This document shows, in pieces, positions 1 to 8,028 of a stretch of 64,000 nt of DNA. This stretch comes from an uncultured Candidatus Saccharibacteria bacterium (GTDB lineage: Bacteria > Patescibacteriota > UBA1384 > DTJR01), in the NCBI GenBank assembly GCA_964487045.1, contig CAZAOT010000003.1, positions 72,983-136,982 on the forward strand, written 5' to 3'. The notes beneath the pieces were generated by a model. The model saw only the letters and a program-made list of their open reading frames with translations, made no database searches and was not told the origin of the DNA. Each line of letters opens with the position of its first letter. Position 1 is the stretch's first letter. The translations under genes and the position numbers were made by a program.

Positions 1-1011
1 ATTCAATTCCCCAAAAAATTTAAGCTCGTAAGGTATTTCAATCACAAAAGCGAGGAATAATTTTGTAAGTAAAATGAAAAAGATACCCCTGACAACCCCG
101 CGAAGCACTTTCTTGCGAATATTATCATTTCTTCTTGTTATCTCAGAGCGGACAAGAGCATTAAATCCATCTTTAGAGTTTAAGTTGTGCTCAAAATTGC
201 TAGTTCCGCGATGAATCGACTCGTAGATTATATTAAAAGCAGGCGAGGTCTTCTTGATATATTTATTAATCGGGGACTTCTTGTTGTAAATGATTTGCTT
301 TTCTACTTGCTCAAAATAACTTGGAAAATTCACTATAAACTCTTGACCTTCATTTTTCGGAACTTTCGGCCAAGACTTATAGTATCTAGAGAGGAGTTTA
401 TAGCGAAGCTGTTCCCAATCTTCTTTTACAATTACTTTTCTAATAGATATTTCGATTTGTATATCAACCAAATCCTCGGGCAATTCTTCGGAAAGATTAA
501 TATTTTGCGAATATATCTGCTTGCAGAAGGTCATATATTCATCTCTCTCGTCTGAATTGGAGAGCAGCTCTTCGATTTCGCAAGCAGCGAAGCTAACAAA
601 AAGGTCGGTAGAGGCTGTTTTAGAAAGATTGAGTTTGGCGTTTTCTCTAAAATAAGTATATTTGCGCAAGATACTGTCGATTTCTTCTGCTAAAGAGATC
701 GGTATAGTTTCGTTTTCGAAATATTTTGCCCAGACTAGCTCCTTGAGAAGAGCCAAGCCATTGCCTTGAGCGCCTAGATAGGTGCGTCTTTTGAGAATTC
801 GCTTTATCGCGTTTTTCAAAAATAAGTGCTCGTCTTGATATTCAATAGCATTTCGAAGTTTTTCGTAGTAAAAGGCCGCTTGGCCGACTGATTCATTTAC
901 TTTAATCTTTGCTTCTTGAGAGTCTTTATACTTAAGTGTCTTTTTTCCCTTGATGGCAGCTATAGTTTTTTGTAGATGGGCGTTCACCCCGTTAGAGAAA
1001 ATATTATTCAT
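1..1011 (-). CDS. hypothetical protein, C-terminal part outside window (at least 337 codons)
   Basis: The minus-strand frame is stop-free from 1011 to the window edge (hand translation MNNIFSNGVNAHLQKTIAAIKGKK...). ATG is at 1011-1009. It is absent from the ORF track because no stop lies in the window. There is a hydrophobic segment near the edge, no SD, and no family recognised. Confidence 0.5.
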   Translation of the reverse strand, partial: MNNIFSNGVNAHLQKTIAAIKGKKTLKYKDSQEAKIKVNESVGQAAFYYEKLRNAIEYQDEHLFLKNAIKRILKRRTYLGAQGNGLALLKELVWAKYFENETIPISLAEEIDSILRKYTYFRENAKLNLSKTASTDLFVSFAACEIEELLSNSDERDEYMTFCKQIYSQNINLSEELPEDLVDIQIEISIRKVIVKEDWEQLRYKLLSRYYKSWPKVPKNEGQEFIVNFPSYFEQVEKQIIYNKKSPINKYIKKTSPAFNIIYESIHRGTSNFEHNLNSKDGFNALVRSEITRRNDNIRKKVLRGVVRGIFFILLTKLFLAFVIEIPYELKFFGELN

Positions 1012-1203
1012 AAGTTTTTTTGATTTATTTATTTTGTATTATATTTGCTGACTTCTCTAACGGGGTTCATTGTTCTATTATTCGCCCCGTTAGAGATTGC
1101 GCAATCATTTTTCCTAACCTTTTGCTATCTTTATAAGATAGGCTTTATAATATGACTATTGGTTTGGTTTTTACGAAAGCTATGCTTTCTATCTCTAACG
1201 GGG
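985..1203. repeat. four copies of CCCCGTTAGAGA arranged as two inverted-repeat pairs in a divergent intergenic region
   Basis: Copies lie at 987-998 (fwd), 1054-1065 (rc), 1085-1096 (fwd) and 1192-1203 (rc). Pair 1 shares ACCCCGTTAGAGAA and pair 2 shares CCCCGTTAGAGAT. Confidence 0.85.
1122..1151 (+). promoter_or_regulatory. candidate sigma70-type promoter for 1211 gene (TTGCTA-18-TATAAT) with CTATCT/AGATAG palindrome in the spacer
   Basis: TTGCTA at 1122-1127 and TATAAT at 1146-1151, with the palindrome CTATCTTTATAAGATAG between the boxes. Confidence 0.45.
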
Positions 1204-1210
1204 TTAAATT

Positions 1211-1747
1211 ATGCTTATTCTATTAATTATTTTAGATTTATTTTGGTCGGGGGCAGCTTGGGTATATGACATGAGCAAACTCATAACACTCTCGCCCTTA
1301 ATTTGGCCGTTTGTGGCAGTCTGCCCGGTCTTTCCGCTTCTACTAGCCCTTGTTCTCCTGCAATTGTATCGCAAAAAATCCCCAAATCAATTTTTACTAG
1401 CTTTTGCGGCAGTTGGGAGTGTCATTTATGGATTGATAGCAATCCTGTTTTATCCAGTTGCAATGATATATCAAGGATTTTCTTGGAATGGTCTTGGGCA
1501 AATATTTTGGGTACTGGTTTATGGCGTGCAAGGAGCTTGGCTGATAAAAAAATACAAAATTAAAAAATTGCCTCTGTACACCTCTACTATTTTTTTTGGA
1601 GTGCAGATAATAGTGATAGATCTCTGGCAGAAAAGCTTTGGTTATTTCGATTTTTCAAATATTCCCTTTTTGATCTTAATTCTTGTAGTAATCTTAAGTT
1701 TTCTATTTTTTTCTATACTCCTTGATGTTTTAATGAGAAAGTGCTAA
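1211..1747 (+). CDS. small polytopic membrane protein (possibly DUF1405-like)
   Basis: 178-aa ORF with several hydrophobic helices. The family assignment is from memory only. Confidence 0.6.
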   Translation: MLILLIILDLFWSGAAWVYDMSKLITLSPLIWPFVAVCPVFPLLLALVLLQLYRKKSPNQFLLAFAAVGSVIYGLIAILFYPVAMIYQGFSWNGLGQIFWVLVYGVQGAWLIKKYKIKKLPLYTSTIFFGVQIIVIDLWQKSFGYFDFSNIPFLILILVVILSFLFFSILLDVLMRKC

Positions 1748-1787
1748 AATTCCCACAGCGATATTATTCTGATTGCGGAGGCCTACT

Positions 1788-2111
1788 ATGTCCGACCTTT
1801 CTGCTGTCGCTAGTCGTGTTGTTGGGGGTGTTCTTCTGACTCGGACTCCAGGCAATATCTTGCGCTGGGGGGCATTCCGGGTCGTAAATGCTACGACCAA
1901 CCCGGTTGGGTCGTTGCAGTTGGAGATTGAAGCAGTAGAGCCCCCTTTCAAGCAGTTTGAAGGGCGCTCGGTGGCGAAGGGGGTTTACGGCATGGGGCGG
2001 ATGTTCCGAAACCGAGGCAATCCGCCCAAGTATGACGGGAAGATAATTCGGCTGGAGGATCCTCTGCTGATCGCTGGCTATGATCCGGCGCCGATGATCT
2101 TTCTGATCTAG
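1788..2111 (+). CDS. hypothetical protein, GC-rich cassette 1
   Basis: ATG at 1788 follows GGAG (1777-1780). The track start at 1773 is TTG. Composition is GC-rich against the AT-rich flanks and a terminator follows. No family recognised. Confidence 0.6.
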   Translation: MSDLSAVASRVVGGVLLTRTPGNILRWGAFRVVNATTNPVGSLQLEIEAVEPPFKQFEGRSVAKGVYGMGRMFRNRGNPPKYDGKIIRLEDPLLIAGYDPAPMIFLI

Positions 2112-2134
2112 GGCAGCACCCGCTGACCTACAAA

Positions 2135-2173
2135 GGGGCATCCGCACTCACGTGTGGATGCCCCTTTCTCTTT
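2135..2173. terminator. intrinsic terminator between convergent genes
   Basis: 13-bp stem GGGGCATCCGCAC / GTGTGGATGCCCC with loop TCAC, followed by TTTCTCTTT. AAA upstream allows use from the other strand. Confidence 0.75.
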
Positions 2174-2185
2174 ATCTTCTAGTAT

Positions 2186-2509
2186 TTACTTCTTTGCGGC
2201 TTTTTTGACTTTGTCGTAGCCTTCTTCTAGCTCTGCCTGAATCTCTTTAGCTTGTTTAATGGTAATTTTCTTACCTTTTTCGTATGTTCCTACTACTTTC
2301 TTGACCGCGTCCTTGTAAGTGTCCTTGGTAAAATCTCCAGCTTTTTCAAGCTCAGCAGCGATTTTATCTTTCATTTCCTCTAGATAGTTAGCGATATCAG
2401 CTCGAGTCTCTTTGCCCGACTTTGGAGCAAACAAAATACCGGCGACTGCTCCGGCCAATGCGCCAACTGCTAGTCCTACTCCTACACCCTTCATCGTTTT
2501 CTTGTCCAT
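2186..2509 (-). CDS. YtxH-domain protein
   Basis: N-terminal Gly/Ala-rich helix GVGVGLAVGALAGAVAGILFAPKSGKETR followed by a K/E-rich helical tail, which is the typical YtxH architecture. Confidence 0.8.
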   Translation of the reverse strand: MDKKTMKGVGVGLAVGALAGAVAGILFAPKSGKETRADIANYLEEMKDKIAAELEKAGDFTKDTYKDAVKKVVGTYEKGKKITIKQAKEIQAELEEGYDKVKKAAKK

Positions 2510-2550
2510 CGTTTCCTTTCGTTAATTGATTTGATTATAGCACAATAGTC

Positions 2551-2583
2551 AAAGGCCGCCTCGTTTATGAAAACTCGGCGGCC
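2551..2583 (-). terminator. hairpin abutting stop of HD-domain gene
   Basis: Arms GGCCGCC (2554-2560) and GGCGGCC (2577-2583). On the minus strand only a short TTT tract follows. Confidence 0.5.
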
Positions 2584-3657
2584 CTAGGATTTGCCCCAAT
2601 CGAGATCGGGGTCTTCGAGGTCGAATGATCGTCCGCGGATGAATGGATAGATGCGGGTGATCGAGAGGTTGAGGTGCTCAATGGTTTCACGGCTGAGGAT
2701 TGGCTTGGGCTTGTTGCGAAGTGCCCCGAACAACCGATGGACTTCATAGTCATTCATCTGCAGCAGCAGAAGCGTTGGATTGGCGTCTTGGAAATGCTCA
2801 GAAGACGAGATGAACTCATAACAGCGTTCAAGCTCGCTGGCAAACGGCTTGCGATTAGCGTTGAGCGGTACGTAACAGTTAGCGTACATCCAATCGCGTA
2901 GTCGCCAGAATTCCTTGGCTTCGTCGCTCTTAGAGAAACTGATCCGACCTACCGATGCCGATTCCCTTACCAGGGCATTTGCGAAGTTGAGCAGCCTCTC
3001 TTCCTTGGTTCGTCCGAAGCACATCGCTTGATGGTCGGCCTCTTCGAAGCCTGCTCCGATCCGCAAACCATCCTCGATGTCAGAGAACATGTAGATTTTG
3101 TCTACGATGTTCACCAGGCGAAACTCCTGAGGAAGCCATATGTACTTCTGCCGAGAAGTGCCTGAGTGGTGGTAGATTCCAAGCAGAGTTTCATAGGCCA
3201 GGTCGAGACCTTTGCCCGAGTGTTCAATTCTCTGTAGGTTCAGGCAGGCGATAATGCGGTGGTCGATCGTCAAACCACACAGCTTCGAGATTGTCTCCTC
3301 TCCAAAATGACCGAAGGGTGCGTGGCCGGTGTCATGCCCTAGCCCAACCGCTTCTGTCAAGTACTCATTTAGCTTGAGGAACCAGGCTATGAGCTTAGCG
3401 AGACTTGCAACCTCCATGATGTGAAGCAGTCGATCATTACTGGTCGATTCTTCTCTTCCGATGAAGACTTGGGTCGTTCCATGCTTGCGAAACAGGGACT
3501 CGCTATTGCCGACCCAGTAAGCATCCTCAATGAAGCCTCGCTTACCGGTTGGTCTCCTTCGCCCTCCCTCTTTCTTTGGTCGTCGTCCGCGACTCATCTC
3601 TTCTTGGAACCGTAGGTGCGCCAAGCACCCACGATATCTCTTGTCGAGGTTTAACAC
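2584..3657 (-). CDS. dGTP triphosphohydrolase-like HD-domain protein, GC-rich cassette 2
   Basis: Motifs TTQVF, HIMEV and GLGHDTGHAPFGH match the dGTPase/SAMHD1-type HD signature. GTG start at 3657 lies 7 nt after GGAGGTG. Composition is GC-rich. Confidence 0.75.
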   Translation of the reverse strand: MLNLDKRYRGCLAHLRFQEEMSRGRRPKKEGGRRRPTGKRGFIEDAYWVGNSESLFRKHGTTQVFIGREESTSNDRLLHIMEVASLAKLIAWFLKLNEYLTEAVGLGHDTGHAPFGHFGEETISKLCGLTIDHRIIACLNLQRIEHSGKGLDLAYETLLGIYHHSGTSRQKYIWLPQEFRLVNIVDKIYMFSDIEDGLRIGAGFEEADHQAMCFGRTKEERLLNFANALVRESASVGRISFSKSDEAKEFWRLRDWMYANCYVPLNANRKPFASELERCYEFISSSEHFQDANPTLLLLQMNDYEVHRLFGALRNKPKPILSRETIEHLNLSITRIYPFIRGRSFDLEDPDLDWGKS

Positions 3658-3690
3658 TAGGACGCACCTCCTTATCGTGGGCTGCCTAGG

Positions 3691-3719
3691 ATTGTAGAGA
3701 ACTTATATTCTTAATTCAA
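3691..3719 (-). promoter_or_regulatory. sigma70-type promoter TTGAAT-17-TACAAT for cassette 2
   Basis: On the minus strand, TTGAAT is at 3719-3714 and TACAAT at 3696-3691, with a 17-nt spacer. Confidence 0.6.
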
Positions 3720-3728
3720 GACCAAGTA

Positions 3729-4154
3729 TTATGAAGCGTCTTCTTTCGTTTCAACGTATCTGCCAAGATCATCACGATCTTCAGCCTTGGCGCCCTTTGG
3801 CAATAGTTTTACTGAAATTTTAAATTTTCGAGTCGAGCCGTCTTGATCGGTGATCATGTCAGTTTTCTTTTCATTATAAAAATCCATCAACTCGACCGAG
3901 AGAATATCTCTTAGGGTCTTTATCTCATCCAGGTTTTCCCTAATGTCTTCGGCGAGCTTGGCATTTCCTTCTTGATTAAAAATTGCATCTCTGACTTCTT
4001 TGCGTTTTTTTGCAGCCGATTTTGCCTCCTCGGCAATTTGAGTGTAGGAGGCATCATTTTCAAGGGCGGAGCGAAGTAGCTCTTTAGCTTTTTTATTTTC
4101 TTCTTCTAGTTTTTCAATAATTCCGATTCTTTCTTTGATGACCGATAAATCCAT
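3729..4154 (-). CDS. hypothetical coiled-coil protein
   Basis: ATG at 4154 lies 5 nt after GGAGCGGAGG. The track start at 4208 falls inside the structured leader. The sequence is K/E-rich and helical. Confidence 0.65.
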   Translation of the reverse strand: MDLSVIKERIGIIEKLEEENKKAKELLRSALENDASYTQIAEEAKSAAKKRKEVRDAIFNQEGNAKLAEDIRENLDEIKTLRDILSVELMDFYNEKKTDMITDQDGSTRKFKISVKLLPKGAKAEDRDDLGRYVETKEDAS

Positions 4155-4290
4155 AATTGCCTCCGCTCCTTGTCCAGCCCTTCGCGAAGGGCTGGACCGG
4201 AAGTCCACCTGGAGCGAAATCTATTTGCAGATTTCTTAAATTAAGAATACTGCAAGAGATTATGCGAAGGTGGACACGCTTATTTTTTAC
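4155..4290 (-). promoter_or_regulatory. structured GC-rich 5' leader (member L3 of GGACTTCCGG...GGAGCGGAGG family)
   Basis: Extended -10 TGTTACAAT lies near 4298-4290. A long-range stem GTCCACCT/AGGTGGAC is present. A 12-bp palindromic hairpin GTCCAGCCCTTC/GAAGGGCTGGAC sits directly before the SD. Confidence 0.5.
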
Positions 4291-4326
4291 CTTAAGATTG
4301 TAACACTATTTTCTTTACGCCAAAAA

Positions 4327-4932
4327 TTATTTTTCTTTTTCTGGCTTTTCGTGTTCCTGATAGTCGATTGGTCTTGAAAGGTCGATTTCTTTCTTGTCTT
4401 CTTCGATCAACTTAATTACTTTTTCAATTAATTTTTTGGGATCATCGTCATAGACAATTTTGGGGTTTGGCCGACCGCATTCCTGAACTATCTCATTGAT
4501 TTCTTCGGCAATTCCCCCGGTACCAGTGAGGATTCCAATCGGTTTATGATCTTCAAAAGCAATCGTAAATTCGTTTAGAGTTCCGATTCTTCCACAGACC
4601 GTTATAACCGCATCAGCTGATCTGATCAGAAGAAGGTTTCTTCCTGAATAGCCAAAGCCGGTGTAAATAATGATATCGAACTCTTCAGTCGGTAATTTAT
4701 ATTTTTTAACATGTTCAAGCTCACTTGAAGCAGGTGAGATCCCGATCGAAAAACCTTCCTTAAGCGACTTACATCCCTTGGCAGCCCAGAGCGGTGCTCC
4801 AATTGTAGCTCCAGTTACCAGCACTCCTTCTTGACGAACGATCTCGCGACCTAGTTCTGTAGTCATCTCTTCAGCTTCCGGCGAGCAAGTTCCGGTTACT
4901 GCTGAACCTGATACACAAATTTTATACTTCAT
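4327..4932 (-). CDS. LOG/TIGR00725-like Rossmann-fold protein
   Basis: Pattern VSGSA...LVTGATIGAPLWAAKG...GYSGRNLLLIRSADAVITVCGRIGTLNEF is typical of the LOG / lysine-decarboxylase-like family. Confidence 0.65.
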   Translation of the reverse strand: MKYKICVSGSAVTGTCSPEAEEMTTELGREIVRQEGVLVTGATIGAPLWAAKGCKSLKEGFSIGISPASSELEHVKKYKLPTEEFDIIIYTGFGYSGRNLLLIRSADAVITVCGRIGTLNEFTIAFEDHKPIGILTGTGGIAEEINEIVQECGRPNPKIVYDDDPKKLIEKVIKLIEEDKKEIDLSRPIDYQEHEKPEKEK

Positions 4933-6298
4933 TGTTCTCCTTTGATTCGCCCGAAAATTCGATCGATTCAGAATTCTTGGGGATATCTATTTCAATATTC
5001 ATCGTTTCTTTAATTTTGGCCATTAAAGCCTCTTTAGCTTCAGGCTCGCCGTGAACTAGAACGATTTTCTTAACATTTTTAATCTGCGAGACCCACTCGA
5101 CAAGTTTTGGTTGGTCAGCATGCGCGGAGTATGATTGTATCGGGATGATTTTTGCTTTGGAGAAAATTTCACTGCCTCTTATTTTAACTTCCTTATCTCC
5201 GTCAAGCAATCTTCGCCCAAGAGTGCCTTTTACCTGATAACCGACGATCAAAAGCGTTGTATTTTCCTTTGGCAAAAATGCTTTTTCGTGCCATTGAATT
5301 CTACCGCCATTCGACATTCCTGAGCCAGCAATGATGATTTTGGTCGATTCGTCCTTATCTAACTTCATTGAATCTTCGCTTTCTTCAATCATCTTTAGAC
5401 CTTTAAACTCGAAGAAGTCGTCGCCTGATTTTAAAAGGGCCGTAGCTTCGGCATTATAATACTGAGGATATTTAGCGTAAACTTCAGTCGCCTTAATCGC
5501 CAGCGGACTATCAAGATAAACAGGTATAAATGGAATGCTTCCGCCTTCAACTAGGCCGTTTAGTTCATATAGGATCTCTTGAGTTCTTTCCATTGCAAAT
5601 GATGGCATTAGAATAGTTCCATTTTCGCTAATCGAGTCTTTGATAATCTTCGTGAGCTGCTCTTTACGTTTTTCCATCGGTTCATGTTCTCGATCGCCAT
5701 AGGTCGATTCCATAATTACTAAGTCTGCTGATTCAATAAATTCAGTTTTCTTAAGCAGGGGAACTGGAGGATTGCCGAGATCACCCGAAAAAATAATTGT
5801 TTTTCCTTCTGCCTGGATTTTGACAATTGCTGATCCAAGAATATGACCCGCATCATAAAATTCGACTTCCACGCCTTCAATAGGTGAGAATTTCTCGTGA
5901 TAATTTTTTTCTTCAATTAAGGCAACTGTTTTAGCGACATCATCTAGATCATATAATGGTTGTTTATTAACGTACTCGGCTTCATTTTCCATTAAGTGGC
6001 ATGAGTCTTCGAGGAAAATTTTGGCAAATTCTTGAGTTGGCCCAGTAGCATAAATTTTTCCGCCAAATCCCATTTTTACCAGGTGTGGTGTTCGACCAAT
6101 GTGGTCAATGTGAGAGTGGGTCATGATCATCGCACCGACGTCTGCTGGGTTATAGGGGAACTCCTGCCAGTTTAAGACTGTTTCATCGTCCCCACCTTGA
6201 AACAGACCGCAGTCGATAATCAGTTTGCCAGCGCTAGTTTCAAGTAGATAATTTGATCCTGTCACACCTTCGGTAGCTCCACAGAATGTAATTTTCAT
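4922..6298 (-). CDS. MBL-fold beta-CASP ribonuclease-like hydrolase
   Basis: HSHIDHIG metallo-beta-lactamase motif, and a length and C-terminal region consistent with a beta-CASP RNA-metabolising enzyme. Confidence 0.8.
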   Translation of the reverse strand: MKITFCGATEGVTGSNYLLETSAGKLIIDCGLFQGGDDETVLNWQEFPYNPADVGAMIMTHSHIDHIGRTPHLVKMGFGGKIYATGPTQEFAKIFLEDSCHLMENEAEYVNKQPLYDLDDVAKTVALIEEKNYHEKFSPIEGVEVEFYDAGHILGSAIVKIQAEGKTIIFSGDLGNPPVPLLKKTEFIESADLVIMESTYGDREHEPMEKRKEQLTKIIKDSISENGTILMPSFAMERTQEILYELNGLVEGGSIPFIPVYLDSPLAIKATEVYAKYPQYYNAEATALLKSGDDFFEFKGLKMIEESEDSMKLDKDESTKIIIAGSGMSNGGRIQWHEKAFLPKENTTLLIVGYQVKGTLGRRLLDGDKEVKIRGSEIFSKAKIIPIQSYSAHADQPKLVEWVSQIKNVKKIVLVHGEPEAKEALMAKIKETMNIEIDIPKNSESIEFSGESKENNEV

Positions 6299-6990
6299 TC
6301 GTTGCTCCCTGCTTTATCTTTTTCTTCTTCCGTCTCAATCCCTATGATCTTGAGCGCCGAGCTTGTTCCAATTCGAGTGGCGCCTGCTTCAATCATACCC
6401 TTAGCCTCTTCGAATGTATGGATTCCGCCCGATGCTTTGACCTTTACCTCGTCCCCCACAGAAGCACGCATCGTCTTAATATCATCGATGGTCGATGGTC
6501 TTGGGCCGTAGCCAGTCGATGATTTCACAAATGCTGCTCCTGCTTTCTCGGCTCTCTTGCATGCTTCGGTTAGCTCTTCTTCTGTTAGAAAGCCAACTTC
6601 CATAATAACTTTGAGGCCAATTGGCTGAATCGCTGTTGCGATTTCCCTGATTTCTTCTTCGATAAAATCAAATTTCTTCTCTTTAATTGCTCCAATGTTA
6701 ACAACCATATCAATCTCGGTTGCGCCATCTTCTACAGCGAGCTTGGCTTCGGCTACTTTAATTTCGGTTTTTGAAATACCAAATGGAAAGCCAATTACAC
6801 TAATTACTTCAATATCGGCTCCTTCGAGATATTCTTTTGCGGCTGCTACGCGGTAGGTAGTGACGCAAACACTATGAAAACCATATTCCTTAGCTTCAGA
6901 GCAAAGCTTTTTGATGTCTTCATTTGTAGCATCTGCTTTGACACAAGTGTGGTCAATATAAGAAACGATATTTTCTTTTGTAATATTCAT
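6295..6990 (-). CDS. deoC: deoxyribose-phosphate aldolase
   Basis: YIDHTCVK, VIGFPFG, EIDMVVNIG and FVKSSTGYG are DeoC class I aldolase motifs. Confidence 0.9.
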   Translation of the reverse strand: MNITKENIVSYIDHTCVKADATNEDIKKLCSEAKEYGFHSVCVTTYRVAAAKEYLEGADIEVISVIGFPFGISKTEIKVAEAKLAVEDGATEIDMVVNIGAIKEKKFDFIEEEIREIATAIQPIGLKVIMEVGFLTEEELTEACKRAEKAGAAFVKSSTGYGPRPSTIDDIKTMRASVGDEVKVKASGGIHTFEEAKGMIEAGATRIGTSSALKIIGIETEEEKDKAGSNE

Positions 6991-7130
6991 TAAATCTCCT
7001 CAAGTTTAGGTCCTTCGATTCCTGCCCCTCTACCTGACGCACTGCAATAACAGGACGGAGTCAGTTTTGCAGTAAGGAATGGTGTGGGGTGGTCAATATA
7101 TTTTCTAATTGATTGTTGATCTAGTTCCAT
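6990..7130 (-). CDS. upstream mini-ORF (46 codons): DeoC-like N-terminus (..YIDH) fused to conserved tail PTPFLTAKLTPSCYCSASGRGA
   Basis: ATG at 7130 lies 4 nt after AAGGAGGG. The ORF is in frame through the 68-nt element. Its TAA overlaps the deoC ATG as TAATG at 6992-6988. Confidence 0.45.
   Translation of the reverse strand: MELDQQSIRKYIDHPTPFLTAKLTPSCYCSASGRGAGIEGPKLEEI
7021..7088 (-). repeat. 68-nt conserved hairpin element, copy 1 (inverted relative to copy at 13990-14057)
   Basis: CCCACACCATTCCTTACTGCAAAACTGACTCCGTCCTGTTATTGCAGTGCGTCAGGTAGAGGGGCAGG. I counted 59 of 66 positions identical to copy 2. The stem is CTGCAAAAC/GTTATTGCAG. Confidence 0.85.
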
Positions 7131-7157
7131 TTTCCCTCCTTATAACGATACAAATGC

Positions 7158-7184
7158 ATTATAACATAATAACTTAAGTGTAAA
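7158..7184 (-). promoter_or_regulatory. candidate promoter for mini-ORF/deoC (TTTACA-15-TGTTATAAT extended -10)
   Basis: Minus-strand TATAAT is at 7163-7158, preceded by TGT, and TTTACA is at 7184-7179. Confidence 0.5.
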
Positions 7185-7185
7185 T

Positions 7186-7226
7186 GAAAAGAGAAAGGGC
7201 CGCCGTGTCGAATGACATGGCGGCCC
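7186..7226 (-). terminator. intrinsic terminator of cassette 3
   Basis: Arms GGGCCGCC (7197-7204) and GGCGGCCC (7219-7226), extendable to about 13 bp. TTTCTCTTTT follows on the minus strand. Confidence 0.8.
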
Positions 7227-7245
7227 TGGTTGTGCAGTGAGAGCT

Positions 7246-7968
7246 CTAGCTTGGTAGCTGAAGCGGAGTTAGATACTCAGCAGCTCTGGGAGTCGCCTTG
7301 ATGTCAGCTTTGTATCCATAGGTTCTCGCTGTCTCCAGATCCCAAGCGTAACTACCAGCGGGCTGAGTGGGCCTTGCGATGATTCGCGGGTCAAACCCTA
7401 TCTCATTTCCGGTCGTTGCCCAGTCGATATATGGGTTGATGTCAACTTCATACCGGAAAGGATCGGTCCGATCGCCGGCAGCAAGTGTAGCCAGCTCATC
7501 TAGACGATCGTCTGGCCAGTAAACCTTGCTTGTTGTCTGGCGGTTTTCGATCTCGACCCATTCATCGCCAACTGAGATGACTTCCGCTTCGTCGAAATGG
7601 ACAAATGCCTCTTGCGGAATCTCAATCTCCGGAAACATCAACTCCTCGGGACAGAGCTGTTCGAAGAAGGTCGTGCCAAGTAGCGTTATGCTGTCATCCC
7701 CACGTGGGATGACAAAGTAGGGCTGGTTTTCGTATGCGCCCCACTTCTGGCCAGGCCAGAGATAGCCAAGCGCCCAATCACCGTCTTTTTGCTGATAGAC
7801 GAGCCATGCCGCGCCGCTTCGAACTTCCCACGCTACTGAGCAAAAGTTGTGAAAAGCTGGTTCGGCTGGCCGCTCCGGTGATATCCTTAGCAGGAAAGAG
7901 CAGCACATGTCGGCTTTGTACATGAACGAGTCGATGATCCTTGGCCTAAACTGAAGCCGGTTTGGCAT
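7246..7968 (-). CDS. hypothetical protein, GC-rich cassette 3
   Basis: ATG at 7968 lies 6 nt after AAAGGAGG. The track start at 7992 is less well placed. 240 aa, no motif recognised. Confidence 0.6.
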   Translation of the reverse strand: MPNRLQFRPRIIDSFMYKADMCCSFLLRISPERPAEPAFHNFCSVAWEVRSGAAWLVYQQKDGDWALGYLWPGQKWGAYENQPYFVIPRGDDSITLLGTTFFEQLCPEELMFPEIEIPQEAFVHFDEAEVISVGDEWVEIENRQTTSKVYWPDDRLDELATLAAGDRTDPFRYEVDINPYIDWATTGNEIGFDPRIIARPTQPAGSYAWDLETARTYGYKADIKATPRAAEYLTPLQLPS

Positions 7969-8028
7969 GTCTGCCTCCTTTTGTTCTTTCAAATGCTACA
8001 GGGTTGCATAAAGCTTGCCACTTTGCAG

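Noticed and set aside
187-555. 122-aa plus-strand ORF near the left edge
   Set aside because: It is antisense to a stop-free minus-strand frame spanning 1-1011, and its sequence is an Ile/Phe/Leu/Asn-rich AT-bias artefact.
985-1203. CCCCGTTAGAGA repeats as a CRISPR array
   Set aside because: The repeats are only 12-14 nt, alternate in orientation, have irregular spacing (55, 19 and 95 nt), and no cas genes are nearby.
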